NCBI GenBank assembly: GCA_963588055.1
Contig: CAVAGB010000002.1
Span: forward strand, 66,527-130,526
DNA: 64,000 bases
Direction: 5' to 3'
Origin: Erysipelotrichaceae bacterium
GTDB lineage: Bacteria; Bacillota_I; Bacilli_A; RFN20; CAG-826
Positions within the stretch are counted from its first letter, which is position 1. Each line of letters opens with the position of its first letter. This document shows positions 25,489 through 34,605 of this stretch, piece by piece. Both the position numbers and the translations under genes were made by a program. The notes under the pieces are model-generated. The model was not told the origin of the DNA, did not search any database, and saw nothing but the letters and a program-made list of their open reading frames with translations.

Positions 25489-27408
25489 ATGAAAGAAGAA
25501 AAAGAATTCCAGGCTGAGTCCAAGCAGCTGCTGGACCTCATGATCAACAGCATCTATTCCAACAAGGAGATCTTCCTCAGGGAAATCGTCTCCAACGCGA
25601 GCGACGCGATCGATAAGTATCGCTTCCTCTCCTTGACCGACGCGGAGAATTACCCAGCGTCCACCGGGGAAATCCGCATCGAGAAGAACGAGAAGGAAAA
25701 GACCATCTCCATCGAGGACAACGGCATCGGCATGTCCAAGGAGGATATGGAGAACAATCTTGGGACCATCGCCAAATCCGGTTCGAAGGACTTCGCGAAG
25801 AAATACCAAGAGGCCAAAGAGGCGGAAGACCTCTCGATCATCGGCCAATTCGGCGTCGGCTTCTATTCGGCCTTCATGGTCGCCGATTCGGTGGAGGTCA
25901 TCTCCAAGCCCCATAACGGAGAGGCCCACCGCTTCCTCTCTTCGGGCAAAGACACCTACATCATCGAAGACGCGAAAGAGGATTTCGACCACGGGACGAA
26001 AGTCATCATCCATCTCAAAGGCGACACCGATTCGGAGAAATATTCCACCTATCTTCAGGATTGGAAGATCGAGGAGCTCATCCGCAAGTACTCCGATTAC
26101 ATCCGCTATCCGATCAAGATGATGGAGACCCGCCAAGAAGCAGACAAAGACGAGAACGGCAAAGAGATCCCAGGGAAGACCCATGACGTCACCGAAGACA
26201 AGACCCTGAACTCGATGGTCCCCCTTTGGAAGAAAAATCAGAAGGAAGTCACCGAACAAGAACTGAACGAATTTTATAAGAGCAAGTTCGACGACTTCGA
26301 GGATCCCCTCATTTCCTTGAACGTCCATATCGAAGGCCTCATCTCCTATGACGCCCTCGTCTATATCCCGGCTCACGCCCCCTATGACCTCTATAGCTCC
26401 ACCTACGAAAAGGGCCTCGCGCTTTATAGCAAAGGCATCTTCATCCAAGACAAATGCAAAGAGCTCGTCCCCGACTTCCTGAAGTTCTGTCGCGGGCTCG
26501 TCGATTCGGAGGATTTCCCGCTCAACATCTCGCGCGAGATGCTCCAGAAGTCACCTCTGATGACCAAGATCGAAAGCTCTCTGGAGAAGAAGATCCTCGA
26601 GAAGCTCGCCGCTACGCAAAAGAACGACAAGGAACGCTACAACAAATTCTTCAAGCTCTACGGCAATTACCTAAAGTACGGCATCTACTCGAGCTACGGC
26701 ATGAAGAAGAACGATCTGCAGGACCTCCTGCAGTTCTCCTCGCTCAACTCCAGCGAGCCGATCAGCTTCAAGGAATACGTCGCTTCCATGAAAGAAGGGC
26801 AGAAGGACATCTTCTACGCCTCCGGGAAGACCGCGGATGAAATCAAGATGCTCCCGCAGCTTGAGAAATTCAAGAAAGAGGGCATCGACGTCTTGATCCT
26901 CGATCAGGAGATCGACGAATTCGCCATCATGGCCCTCATGGATTACGACAAACACGGCTTCAAGAACATCGCTAGTGAAGACAAGGACTCGCTCACCGAC
27001 GAGGAGAAGAGCAAACTCGACAGCCTCACCGCCGAGAACAAGCGCATCCTCGATGAGATGAAGGCGGGGTTGGAAGGAAAAGTTGACGAGGTCGCCTTCT
27101 CCACGAAGCTCGTTGACTCCCCCGTCTGCATCACGACCAAGAACGGCATGTCAATGAACGTCGAACGCGTCCTGGACGAGCAGCCCGGGGCGAGCGAGAA
27201 CGAGAAGCCGAAGGCGACGAAGGTCCTCGAGATCAACGCTGATCACCCTTTGTTCAAGGCCATCTCTTCAATCAATGACGATGCGGAACTCCAGAAATGC
27301 GGCAAGTTGCTTTATGATGAGGCTTTGCTCCTAGAAGGGTTCGAGATCGAAGACAAAAAGCAATTCGTTGAGAACCTGAACTCCTTGATGATGAAGGCAT
27401 TCCATTGA
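25489..27408 (+). CDS. htpG: molecular chaperone HtpG (Hsp90)
   Basis: 639 aa with FQAESKQLLDLMINSIYSNKEIFLREIVSNASDAIDK, GIGMSK and IGQFGVGFYSAFMVAD motifs. Confidence 0.95.
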   Translation: MKEEKEFQAESKQLLDLMINSIYSNKEIFLREIVSNASDAIDKYRFLSLTDAENYPASTGEIRIEKNEKEKTISIEDNGIGMSKEDMENNLGTIAKSGSKDFAKKYQEAKEAEDLSIIGQFGVGFYSAFMVADSVEVISKPHNGEAHRFLSSGKDTYIIEDAKEDFDHGTKVIIHLKGDTDSEKYSTYLQDWKIEELIRKYSDYIRYPIKMMETRQEADKDENGKEIPGKTHDVTEDKTLNSMVPLWKKNQKEVTEQELNEFYKSKFDDFEDPLISLNVHIEGLISYDALVYIPAHAPYDLYSSTYEKGLALYSKGIFIQDKCKELVPDFLKFCRGLVDSEDFPLNISREMLQKSPLMTKIESSLEKKILEKLAATQKNDKERYNKFFKLYGNYLKYGIYSSYGMKKNDLQDLLQFSSLNSSEPISFKEYVASMKEGQKDIFYASGKTADEIKMLPQLEKFKKEGIDVLILDQEIDEFAIMALMDYDKHGFKNIASEDKDSLTDEEKSKLDSLTAENKRILDEMKAGLEGKVDEVAFSTKLVDSPVCITTKNGMSMNVERVLDEQPGASENEKPKATKVLEINADHPLFKAISSINDDAELQKCGKLLYDEALLLEGFEIEDKKQFVENLNSLMMKAFH

Positions 27409-27414
27409 TGCTTG

Positions 27415-27440
27415 GCCCGCCCCTAAAGGCGGGCTTTTTC
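27415..27440 (+). terminator. intrinsic terminator after htpG
   Basis: GCCCGCC cctaaa GGCGGGC followed by TTTTTC. Confidence 0.7.
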
Positions 27441-27482
27441 ATAGCGTGATGCAATTCCCTTTCGCCATGGTAGGATAGGCCC

Positions 27483-28958
27483 ATGGACAGCAAGCTCATG
27501 AAGATAAAGGGGATGGTCACCTCCTTCCTCTCTCTTGCCTTATCGCTTGAGGCCGTGGTCTTCTTCTCTTTCTTCGCCTTCTTCAGAAGCAAAGCCCTGA
27601 TCCCTTTTCTTTTCGCCGCCGCCTATTTCCTCTTCGAGGCGGTGGGGAGGGTCTACGCGCTTTCTTACACTTTGGCCAATCGGCATTGCGATGAAGACGA
27701 AGCGAAAGAGGCGAAAGCGCGCCTTGCCTTGTCTATGGGAGTCGCGGAAACCTTTTATACCTTGCCTTGGATCCTGGCCGTTTTTAGCTGTCAGAATCTT
27801 TCTTTTTCCGAGGTCGGTTTCGTCCCTTTGCTCTTTCTCCTCTCGAAAATCTCCGCAGAACTCGTCTTATTTTTCTTTCGCTTCATGCCTTATATCAAAA
27901 AAAGGATCACCCTATCGAGCGAATCGCTTTGCTCGTTTTGCATCGCCCTTTCCATGTTCCTTGCCGTTCTCTTCGCTTACTTAGGCAACGCGACGAAGAT
28001 GGACGCGAATCTCTCGGCCATCCTTTCCGGGGTTTCTTTCCTGCTTCTCTTCCTAATCCAAAACGCCTTGTTCTCGATTTTGCTGCTTCAAGGTCAAGCC
28101 ATCCACCGCATTAGGAAGATGGTCGTATTCGGAACGAGGCACGGCGTAGGGAACTACATCGTGGTCACCTCTTCTTTGATGACGGTCCTCGTCTCCGCCG
28201 CGTCCGCGATCAGAGAGAGGAACCCCGCATACGTTGGCATTGCGCTCATCTATCTTTCTCTTGGGGCGATTCGGCTTAGCGCTTTGCTTTGGAAGAACGC
28301 CATCCACCGCAACGTCTACAACGCGCGCCTAGCGGAGGCAAGAGAGAACAAAATCCTTCTTTACGTAGGGGCGCTTCTCTCTGGGCTGAGCGTCCTCTAC
28401 GCCTTCGGAATCATTTGGATAAGCGAGCAAGAGCTCCAGCAAAGCGCGGCGATCGTGCTGATATTCCAAATCGCGCATGGCCTTTTCCGCTTGGCCATTT
28501 GCATCAAGAACTACATATCCTTCCAAAAGCAAAGCAAACCTTTCAGCATCGCCGTCGCCTCCTTGGACATGCTCATCGGGGCTTATTCCCTCTTTTCCGT
28601 GTTCCTTTTGGTCAACCTCTATCTGAACATCCCTTGGCTGGAGAACCTGATCGCCATTTTGTCATGGGTCACCTTAGGGGGCGTCTTGGCTTTGGGGACG
28701 GTCATGATCTATCTAGGCGTGCGTGGCTATCTGAACGCCAAAACACTGGGCGATGAGATAAAGAACAACTCCTTGGAGCTGCAAAGAAAAATCCAAGAAC
28801 ACGGCTGCCGTCTTGAAAATCTATCAAAGGAAGACCTTAGCGAATTGCTTAGTGAGGAAGAATTTAAAAACATCGTGGGCCAAATCTCACGTTTAGGACC
28901 AAATTCGAAAGAGGAAGAGAAACTTTTGGAGATGACGCAGGCAAAAAGCACCAGATAG
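27483..28958 (+). CDS. hypothetical polytopic membrane protein (~12 TM) with charged C-terminal tail
   Basis: 491-aa ORF, hydrophobic throughout, with a C-terminal coiled tail of about 70 aa. I recognise no motif. Confidence 0.6.
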   Translation: MDSKLMKIKGMVTSFLSLALSLEAVVFFSFFAFFRSKALIPFLFAAAYFLFEAVGRVYALSYTLANRHCDEDEAKEAKARLALSMGVAETFYTLPWILAVFSCQNLSFSEVGFVPLLFLLSKISAELVLFFFRFMPYIKKRITLSSESLCSFCIALSMFLAVLFAYLGNATKMDANLSAILSGVSFLLLFLIQNALFSILLLQGQAIHRIRKMVVFGTRHGVGNYIVVTSSLMTVLVSAASAIRERNPAYVGIALIYLSLGAIRLSALLWKNAIHRNVYNARLAEARENKILLYVGALLSGLSVLYAFGIIWISEQELQQSAAIVLIFQIAHGLFRLAICIKNYISFQKQSKPFSIAVASLDMLIGAYSLFSVFLLVNLYLNIPWLENLIAILSWVTLGGVLALGTVMIYLGVRGYLNAKTLGDEIKNNSLELQRKIQEHGCRLENLSKEDLSELLSEEEFKNIVGQISRLGPNSKEEEKLLEMTQAKSTR

Positions 28959-29292
28959 GATTATCAAATTCTGCTATTTAGATACAGCCAAAAAATTCCC
29001 TTGCCTTTGTCAAATAAGTTAGGAGCCGTCGATAGTTCAAGCGAGGATGCCTCGCATATGTTAATCAAGATAAAGAAAAATAAGATTAGGAGATTGGCGT
29101 TCTATCGTGTATTCTAATAGAGCCTCTCGACATCCTCCGCCGTCTTCTATTAACTCCAAACAAAGCTAATGAGAACACCGACATGCGAAACCCCTGAAGC
29201 GAACCTCCGTGGGGATTTTTGCATTCTCATCCGCTCCAGCCGCCTCCCCCTTTCGACGGAAAGTCTTCAGGGAAGCGACGGCATCAAAGGCT

Positions 29293-29366
29293 AACATCGG
29301 CCCTAACCTTCTTTCGCCTGCCAGCTTCTCTAAGTTTGCAGACTTAAGTGGGATAGGGCCGATGTT
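29293..29366. repeat. 13-bp perfect inverted repeat (AACATCGGCCCTA / TAGGGCCGATGTT) with 48-nt spacer
   Basis: The arms are at 29293-29305 and 29354-29366, immediately downstream of the pepF stop. An inner TAAGT/ACTTA hairpin sits in the spacer. Confidence 0.7.
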
Positions 29367-29373
29367 GCTTTTA

Positions 29374-31083
29374 TTAGTCGAGATTGTATGACTTCAGGAC
29401 CTTGAGAAGCGGCTTGATGGCTTTTTCCACCACTCCCGGCTCAAAGGGATCCTTCATATGGTCTTTGACGACTAAGGTGCGGAAAGGGTATTTGCCACCC
29501 ATCTTGCAGAGTTTCAGATAACGGCTCCAAGCGAGCTTGTGGTTCTTCCTATCGAGGTTGAAGAACTCGAAGGCCATGACTTGGGCCAAAGTGTAGTCGA
29601 TGTAATAGAAAGGGACACCAAAGATATGGCTTTGAAGCAGCCAACGATGGCCGCTTTCCATATAGGGGCAGCCTTTGTATAGCTTGGCCTTGTACGGGGT
29701 GTATTTGTTCTCGAGCTCAACCCATTTCGCATCCCTTTCAGCCGGGGTCGCGTCGGGATTGTCGTAGACCCAGTGCTGGAATTCGTCGACGGTGGCTCCA
29801 TAAGGGAGGAAAGTGATCGAATCGGCTAAGTGGATGTAGCGGTACTTGTTCGGCTCATCGAAGAAGAGACCCATCCAAGGCTCGGCGAAGAATTCCATGG
29901 ACATCGAGTCGATTTCGCAGGCCTCCATCGTCGGGGAGCGGTACTCGGGGATTGAGATGCCCCTTGCCATATAGGCTTGGAAGCTATGCCCGAATTCGTG
30001 GGTCAAGACATCGACGTCTCCGCTGGTGCCGTTGAAGTTGGAGAAGATGAAGGGGATTTTGTAAGAAGGGAAGTAGGTCATGTAGCCGCCCGACTGCTTT
30101 CCTGGCTTCGCCTCGAGATCCATCACCTCGTGATCGGCCATATAAGAGAAGAAATAGCTTGTCTCGGGGGAAAGCTCGGCATACATCTTCTTGGCGCTTT
30201 CGATCTTATCGTGGGTGGTGCCTTTCGGAAGCGGGTTACCCTCTTTGAAGCAAAGCCCAATATCATAGGACTTCGGATTGCGGATCCCCGTCCTCTTGAA
30301 CTGCGCCTTCATGATCTTGCAGGCGATGGGGGTGACGAATTCGTTGATCTGGTCGCGATACCTCTTCACATCGTCTTGGTTGTAATCGAAGCGGCTCATC
30401 TTCAGATAAGCCAATTCCGTATAGGAGGAATAGCCCATCTTCTTGGCCATCCTCGTGCGGACTTTGACGAGTTTGTCGTAAAGCTCCTCCGCTTTGTCTT
30501 TGATATTCGCATCGAGATAGGAATAGTAAGCCTCCGCCGCTTCTTTCCTGGTCTGCCGGTCGACGTCTTGAAGGAATTTGCCCATCTGAGGGAGGTTGTA
30601 GGTGCTTCCCCGGAACTCCACTTTCGCTGAGGCGATGAGCGCATCGTATTCCATGGAGAGTTTGCTCTCCTCGACGGCTTCCTCAATCACTTTCTCATCG
30701 AAGGATTTCAGTTGATACTCCATCATCTTGAAGAGGAAAGAGCCAAGCTTCTCCTCCAAGAAGGGGCGGTAAGGGCTATTGAGGAGGGCCTCGTTCCATT
30801 TGTTGCTCTCCGCCTGGATGAGGGGAAGCCCTTCATTCATCGCGTTCATGGCATCCTCGTATTTCTTGTTGGTCGTGTCCAGTGAATAAAGGACGGAGAT
30901 GTGAGTTACCTCATTTCCAAAGGAATCCGAGGCTTTTGCGTGCTTTTTCCAAACGGAGAGCGCCTCTTCGCCGCTTTTGCAGGCGAGGAGAGAGGCAGTG
31001 AAAGCCTTCTCTTTTTCAACCGCCTTCTTGATGGAAGGGACCTTGAAGGGCCATTCCGAGAATTTCTTAAGTTCTTTGCTCAT
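29374..31083 (-). CDS. pepF: oligoendopeptidase F (M3B metallopeptidase)
   Basis: 569 aa with an HEFGH zinc motif in an M3B-like context (DVLTHEFGHSFQAY). Confidence 0.85.
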   Translation of the reverse strand: MSKELKKFSEWPFKVPSIKKAVEKEKAFTASLLACKSGEEALSVWKKHAKASDSFGNEVTHISVLYSLDTTNKKYEDAMNAMNEGLPLIQAESNKWNEALLNSPYRPFLEEKLGSFLFKMMEYQLKSFDEKVIEEAVEESKLSMEYDALIASAKVEFRGSTYNLPQMGKFLQDVDRQTRKEAAEAYYSYLDANIKDKAEELYDKLVKVRTRMAKKMGYSSYTELAYLKMSRFDYNQDDVKRYRDQINEFVTPIACKIMKAQFKRTGIRNPKSYDIGLCFKEGNPLPKGTTHDKIESAKKMYAELSPETSYFFSYMADHEVMDLEAKPGKQSGGYMTYFPSYKIPFIFSNFNGTSGDVDVLTHEFGHSFQAYMARGISIPEYRSPTMEACEIDSMSMEFFAEPWMGLFFDEPNKYRYIHLADSITFLPYGATVDEFQHWVYDNPDATPAERDAKWVELENKYTPYKAKLYKGCPYMESGHRWLLQSHIFGVPFYYIDYTLAQVMAFEFFNLDRKNHKLAWSRYLKLCKMGGKYPFRTLVVKDHMKDPFEPGVVEKAIKPLLKVLKSYNLD

Positions 31084-31089
31084 GTTGTT

Positions 31090-31473
31090 TCACCTTTCTA
31101 TGAACTCGACTTTGCGCTTCACCGTTTTCTTCTCCTTCGTGGATAGAAGGGCGAAGTAACCCTTGCTTTCCTCGACGTAGCCATCCTCAAGAGAAAGGTA
31201 GTAATCGTCCCCTTTCGAAGAATAGGTTGAGGAGATGACCCCTTGCTCGCAAAGCTTCCTGATCGCGGCTTTACCGCGTCTGGAAGAGAGGGAAGCAAGA
31301 GAGGAGAAAGCGACTAAAGAAGCATAGTCTCTCGCCGCAGGGGAACCTTGGAGAAGATGGACGAGACCTTCGTTGCTTGGCTTCATCCCGATCAAGGAAA
31401 GCTCATAGATCGAGGCCATGATTTTCCTTTGCAGGGACGTCCTTCCTTTTTCTTTTCCCATGGGCCGAAACAT
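31090..31473 (-). CDS. hypothetical protein, possible RQC-like winged-helix domain
   Basis: LLQGSPAARDY...LSSRRGKAAIRKLCEQGVIS resembles the RecQ-C-terminal winged-helix pattern. The start is uncertain (31473 or 31461). Confidence 0.4.
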   Translation of the reverse strand: MFRPMGKEKGRTSLQRKIMASIYELSLIGMKPSNEGLVHLLQGSPAARDYASLVAFSSLASLSSRRGKAAIRKLCEQGVISSTYSSKGDDYYLSLEDGYVEESKGYFALLSTKEKKTVKRKVEFIER

Positions 31474-31556
31474 TATATTGCAGGAGGGAAAATAGCAAAC
31501 AAAAAGCGTATCATTTGCAACGGGAAAAGACCTGACTACAATTGCGAACGGAAATT

Positions 31557-31859
31557 ATGGAAGACTCAACGGAAAAACTCATCTTGGCCACCATCGATAA
31601 GGTGCGCCCGTTCCTCCAGCGCGATGGAGGGGACATCGAATACATCGGATTCCGCGACGGCATCGTCTACCTCACGATGACCGGAGCTTGCAGCGGTTGC
31701 ATGTACGCTGGGGAAGACATCTCGGCCGGAGTGGAGATCATTTTGATGGAAGAAGTCCCGGGCGTGATGGCGGTCAAAACCGACGACATCCCCTCGGACA
31801 TGATGAGCGAATACCTCGCCAAGAAGCAAGAAGCAGCCCTCAGCAAAGCGGGCATCTGA
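31557..31859 (+). CDS. NifU-like (Nfu C-terminal) Fe-S scaffold domain protein
   Basis: VRPFLQRDGGDIEYIGF...GACSGCMYA carries the CxxC motif of the NifU C-terminal domain. I prefer the ATG at 31557 over the TTG at 31542. Confidence 0.75.
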   Translation: MEDSTEKLILATIDKVRPFLQRDGGDIEYIGFRDGIVYLTMTGACSGCMYAGEDISAGVEIILMEEVPGVMAVKTDDIPSDMMSEYLAKKQEAALSKAGI

Positions 31860-31865
31860 GCCAAC

Positions 31866-31897
31866 ATAAAAACCCGGCCATCGAGCCGGGTTTTCGT
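31866..31897. terminator. bidirectional terminator between nifU-like (+) and the small membrane gene (-)
   Basis: AAAAACCCGGC catcga GCCGGGTTTT. Confidence 0.65.
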
Positions 31898-31909
31898 TTC
31901 CAAATTTCT

Positions 31910-32146
31910 TTAGTCGTTGGCCCAAAGAAGGTGCTTGTACATAAGAACCCAGAAGAGGTCAACCCAGCCAAGGATCGTGCCGGTGAGGGGGATGATGGCA
32001 AGGATGAGTCCCAAAATGTTGTGGGTTCCCTTCGGGCTCTCGATGACGGCAGAGATACGAACGATGAGTTCGAGGATCCAGTTGACGCCAGGGATCAGAA
32101 GAAGGATGAACTGAACAAGCCTAGGAAGACTGTTGAATGTTTTCAT
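31910..32146 (-). CDS. small 2-TM membrane protein
   Basis: 78 aa counted from MKTFNS (SD GGAG upstream), with two hydrophobic helices. Confidence 0.5.
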   Translation of the reverse strand: MKTFNSLPRLVQFILLLIPGVNWILELIVRISAVIESPKGTHNILGLILAIIPLTGTILGWVDLFWVLMYKHLLWAND

Positions 32147-32311
32147 GTTGGCTCCTTTCGGGCTATAGAATAGCCCTTTTTCAGTAAGATACAAGACAAC
32201 AATGGGCCCAATGTTGAAATTTGGACGAGCAGAAGAAAAGTGACTATAAAGCTGTCTGCCCGCGGAAACAAAAGCTGAAAAATACCTTTGTTTTGCGGGC
32301 TTTTCCAGATC

Positions 32312-33097
32312 CTAATCTAGAATCAGATTCGCCTTCGTATTCGCGATGATGTAACCTTCGCGGTTATAGACGTCCTCACGGTTGTAACGAAAGCGAAGAC
32401 CATTAGGCTGGACCATCGCGCCCCCGGCTTCATGGATCAGCAAGTCCCCTGCCGCGACGTCCCACTCTTTCGTTCCAGAGGACATGCGGTAGAAGAAATC
32501 GTAATCCCCTTGCGCGATCACACAGAACTTATTAGCAGCACCGATTGGGGTTGCTTCGCCCTCAAAACGGTCTTGATGCTTCAGGTAGAAAGCCTTCTCT
32601 TTCTCGTTGAAGAAAGAAATGGATCGCACGGTCTTCAATCCTTCAGTCCTTACCGAGCAATGGATCTTCGTGCGTGTGCCATCTTTATTGAGGCGATATG
32701 CCCCTTGCCCTTTTATCGCGAAATAGAGGACATCGAGCATTGGGACGTTGATGACGCCCACCACGACCTCATGATCCACGGCCAAAGCGATGTTGGTGGT
32801 GAACTGCCCGTTGCGGCTGACGAATTCTTTGGTTCCATCAACCGGATCGACGATCCATATCGCCTTCTTTTGCAGCCTCTCTTTGGTATCGACGCTCTCT
32901 TCAGTCAGGAAACCATAATCGGGAAACCTTTTTCCCAAATCCTCGCGGATCATTGCATCAGCTGTCTTGTCGGCCAAAGTGACTGGCGAATCGTCGCCCT
33001 TTATCTCGACCGCGAAATCGGTCTTGTAGATCTCTTTGATTTTCGTCTCGGCGTGCTTCGCCGCCTTGATCGCGGCTTCTAGTTCTTTCTCGTACAT
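32312..33097 (-). CDS. inositol monophosphatase-family enzyme, CysQ-like 3'(2'),5'-bisphosphate nucleotidase
   Basis: DSPVTLADK, WIVDPVDGTKEF and KEWDVAAG motifs. Confidence 0.7.
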   Translation of the reverse strand: MYEKELEAAIKAAKHAETKIKEIYKTDFAVEIKGDDSPVTLADKTADAMIREDLGKRFPDYGFLTEESVDTKERLQKKAIWIVDPVDGTKEFVSRNGQFTTNIALAVDHEVVVGVINVPMLDVLYFAIKGQGAYRLNKDGTRTKIHCSVRTEGLKTVRSISFFNEKEKAFYLKHQDRFEGEATPIGAANKFCVIAQGDYDFFYRMSSGTKEWDVAAGDLLIHEAGGAMVQPNGLRFRYNREDVYNREGYIIANTKANLILD

Positions 33098-33116
33098 GTC
33101 TTTTCCCTCCGGAAAA

Positions 33117-34073
33117 TTATATGACTAAGGGCTTAACCTTGCTGAGCTCTTCGATGACTTTCATGGACTCTTCATAGGAATGAGTTTCCGTACCTGCGGC
33201 GAAAAGATGTCCTCCGCCTTTGAAATGGGTCGCAGTAGGCTGAACGGGATAGCCTTTGTCGCTTCTTAGCTCGCCCCGGACGAACCCTTTTCCATCCTCC
33301 GTAAACAGGCAATAGATATGCGGGCTAAACACGGTCTCAATACAATTGACCATCGAGCCCGCTTCCTCATAGCTCATCCCACGCGAAAGGTAATCCTCGG
33401 GTTTCAAATAGACATAGGTTATATCCTTATAGCGTTGCACGCGCGAGCATAGATAGGCGTGGAACGCCTTGGTCCGTTCATCCTCGTAGTAGACGATTTG
33501 TCGAATCGAAATGGGCTCTATGCCAAGCTTAACGAGCCTTCTGACGGCGTCGCAAGTCCCTTGATTCGTCCCGTAGAAGCGAAAGCAGCCCGAATCTGTA
33601 AGGATTCCAACATATAGGGCTTCTGCGGCGATTTTGGAAATTTTAAGCCGGTTTTGCGTCGCGAAATTCTCGATGATCTCCGCGCAGGCGATCTTATGCC
33701 TATCCACGTAGAAGTCAGGATAAGGGAAGCTTTCTCCCGCCTTGTTCGGATCGTGATGGTCGAATTTGATGAATCTCTTCGCGAGGTTTACGCGCTGATC
33801 CTCGACCCTCCTTAAGCAAGAGACGTCCACCAGAATTGCGAGCGATTCTTTGATTTTCTCATCGCTAACCGCATCCATCGGAGAGATCCTTCCGAACAAC
33901 GAAGGCACCCCGGAGCCGATGGCGTAGACCTCTTTCTTGGGATAATTCTCCTTGATGATCTCCCTAAGCCCTATCTGGCAGCCATAGCAATCCCCATCGG
34001 GAATGCCATGCCCCCAGATGGTGATGGTCTTCTCTTCGGCGATTATCTTTAGTAACGATGCGAAATTCCCCAT
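33117..34073 (-). CDS. nrnA: DHH/DHHA1 phosphoesterase (NrnA-like nanoRNase / pAp phosphatase)
   Basis: HGIPDGDCYG, VDVS, FDHHD and GGGHLFAAG motifs. Confidence 0.75.
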   Translation of the reverse strand: MGNFASLLKIIAEEKTITIWGHGIPDGDCYGCQIGLREIIKENYPKKEVYAIGSGVPSLFGRISPMDAVSDEKIKESLAILVDVSCLRRVEDQRVNLAKRFIKFDHHDPNKAGESFPYPDFYVDRHKIACAEIIENFATQNRLKISKIAAEALYVGILTDSGCFRFYGTNQGTCDAVRRLVKLGIEPISIRQIVYYEDERTKAFHAYLCSRVQRYKDITYVYLKPEDYLSRGMSYEEAGSMVNCIETVFSPHIYCLFTEDGKGFVRGELRSDKGYPVQPTATHFKGGGHLFAAGTETHSYEESMKVIEELSKVKPLVI

Positions 34074-34113
34074 AGGAAAGCCTATTAAGATAATCGATTT
34101 CCTTTCAAAGGGG

Positions 34114-34141
34114 AAGAAAAAAGACGCTCGCGGGAGCGTCT
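34114..34141 (-). terminator. intrinsic terminator after rpoE
   Basis: The minus strand reads AGACGCTCccgcGAGCGTCT followed by TTTTTC. Confidence 0.65.
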
Positions 34142-34162
34142 AGATGGCTTAAACAGATGCGA

Positions 34163-34591
34163 TCAGATGATCTTCACGCCAAGATCGGCCGCAGTCTCGG
34201 GTTTATGGGAGGCCTCATCGCCGTCTTCGCTTTCCTGATCGTCGGAGTTGATGGATTCGCCCGCCACGGAAGCGTTGTACTCAGCCTCTTCCTTGACGTC
34301 GGTCTCGTCTCTGTCGGCCTCTTGCTCATCGTTTTCATAGAAAACGTTGGTGTCGATGCGGGTATTGTCGAAAAGGGTCCTGGAACGGAGATTCCAAGTG
34401 TAGTCGCCGTCTTGGACGAAGCGCCCATCCAAAGAGAGGTCGGTGTAGAAATGGCCGATTCTGCTTTGCTCTTCGTCCGGCCCGATCTCGAGCTCGACTT
34501 TGATTTTGTCCCAAAGATCTTTAAAGGCGATGGGCTCATCAGACTCGCTGAGGATTTTATAGGCGAGGTCGATCATTGATTCTTTCTTCAT
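34163..34591 (-). CDS. rpoE: RNA polymerase delta subunit
   Basis: MIDLAYKILSES..PIAFKDLWDKI...HFYTDLSLDGRFV followed by a long acidic tail. I prefer the ATG at 34591 over the GTG at 34609. Confidence 0.85.
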   Translation of the reverse strand: MKKESMIDLAYKILSESDEPIAFKDLWDKIKVELEIGPDEEQSRIGHFYTDLSLDGRFVQDGDYTWNLRSRTLFDNTRIDTNVFYENDEQEADRDETDVKEEAEYNASVAGESINSDDQESEDGDEASHKPETAADLGVKII

Positions 34592-34605
34592 GGTGTTTTT
34601 TCCTT

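Noticed and set aside
25417-26448. 343-aa ORF antisense to htpG
   Set aside because: It lies entirely inside the unambiguous htpG gene. Its composition is repetitive and rich in D/E/G/V/L. It is the expected mirror of strong G/C third-position bias, and it has no SD or promoter.
28959-29373. tmRNA or SRP RNA in the long non-coding gap
   Set aside because: There is no tRNA-like GGTTCGA T-arm with an ACCA end and no tag ORF. The GAAGCGACGG segment does not form the SRP domain IV symmetric loop with a GNAR tetraloop.
29209-29391. 60-aa ORF in the gap downstream of pepF
   Set aside because: It has no SD, a non-ATG start and an Ala/Ser/Pro-rich composition with no structure. It overlaps the inverted repeat and the pepF stop.
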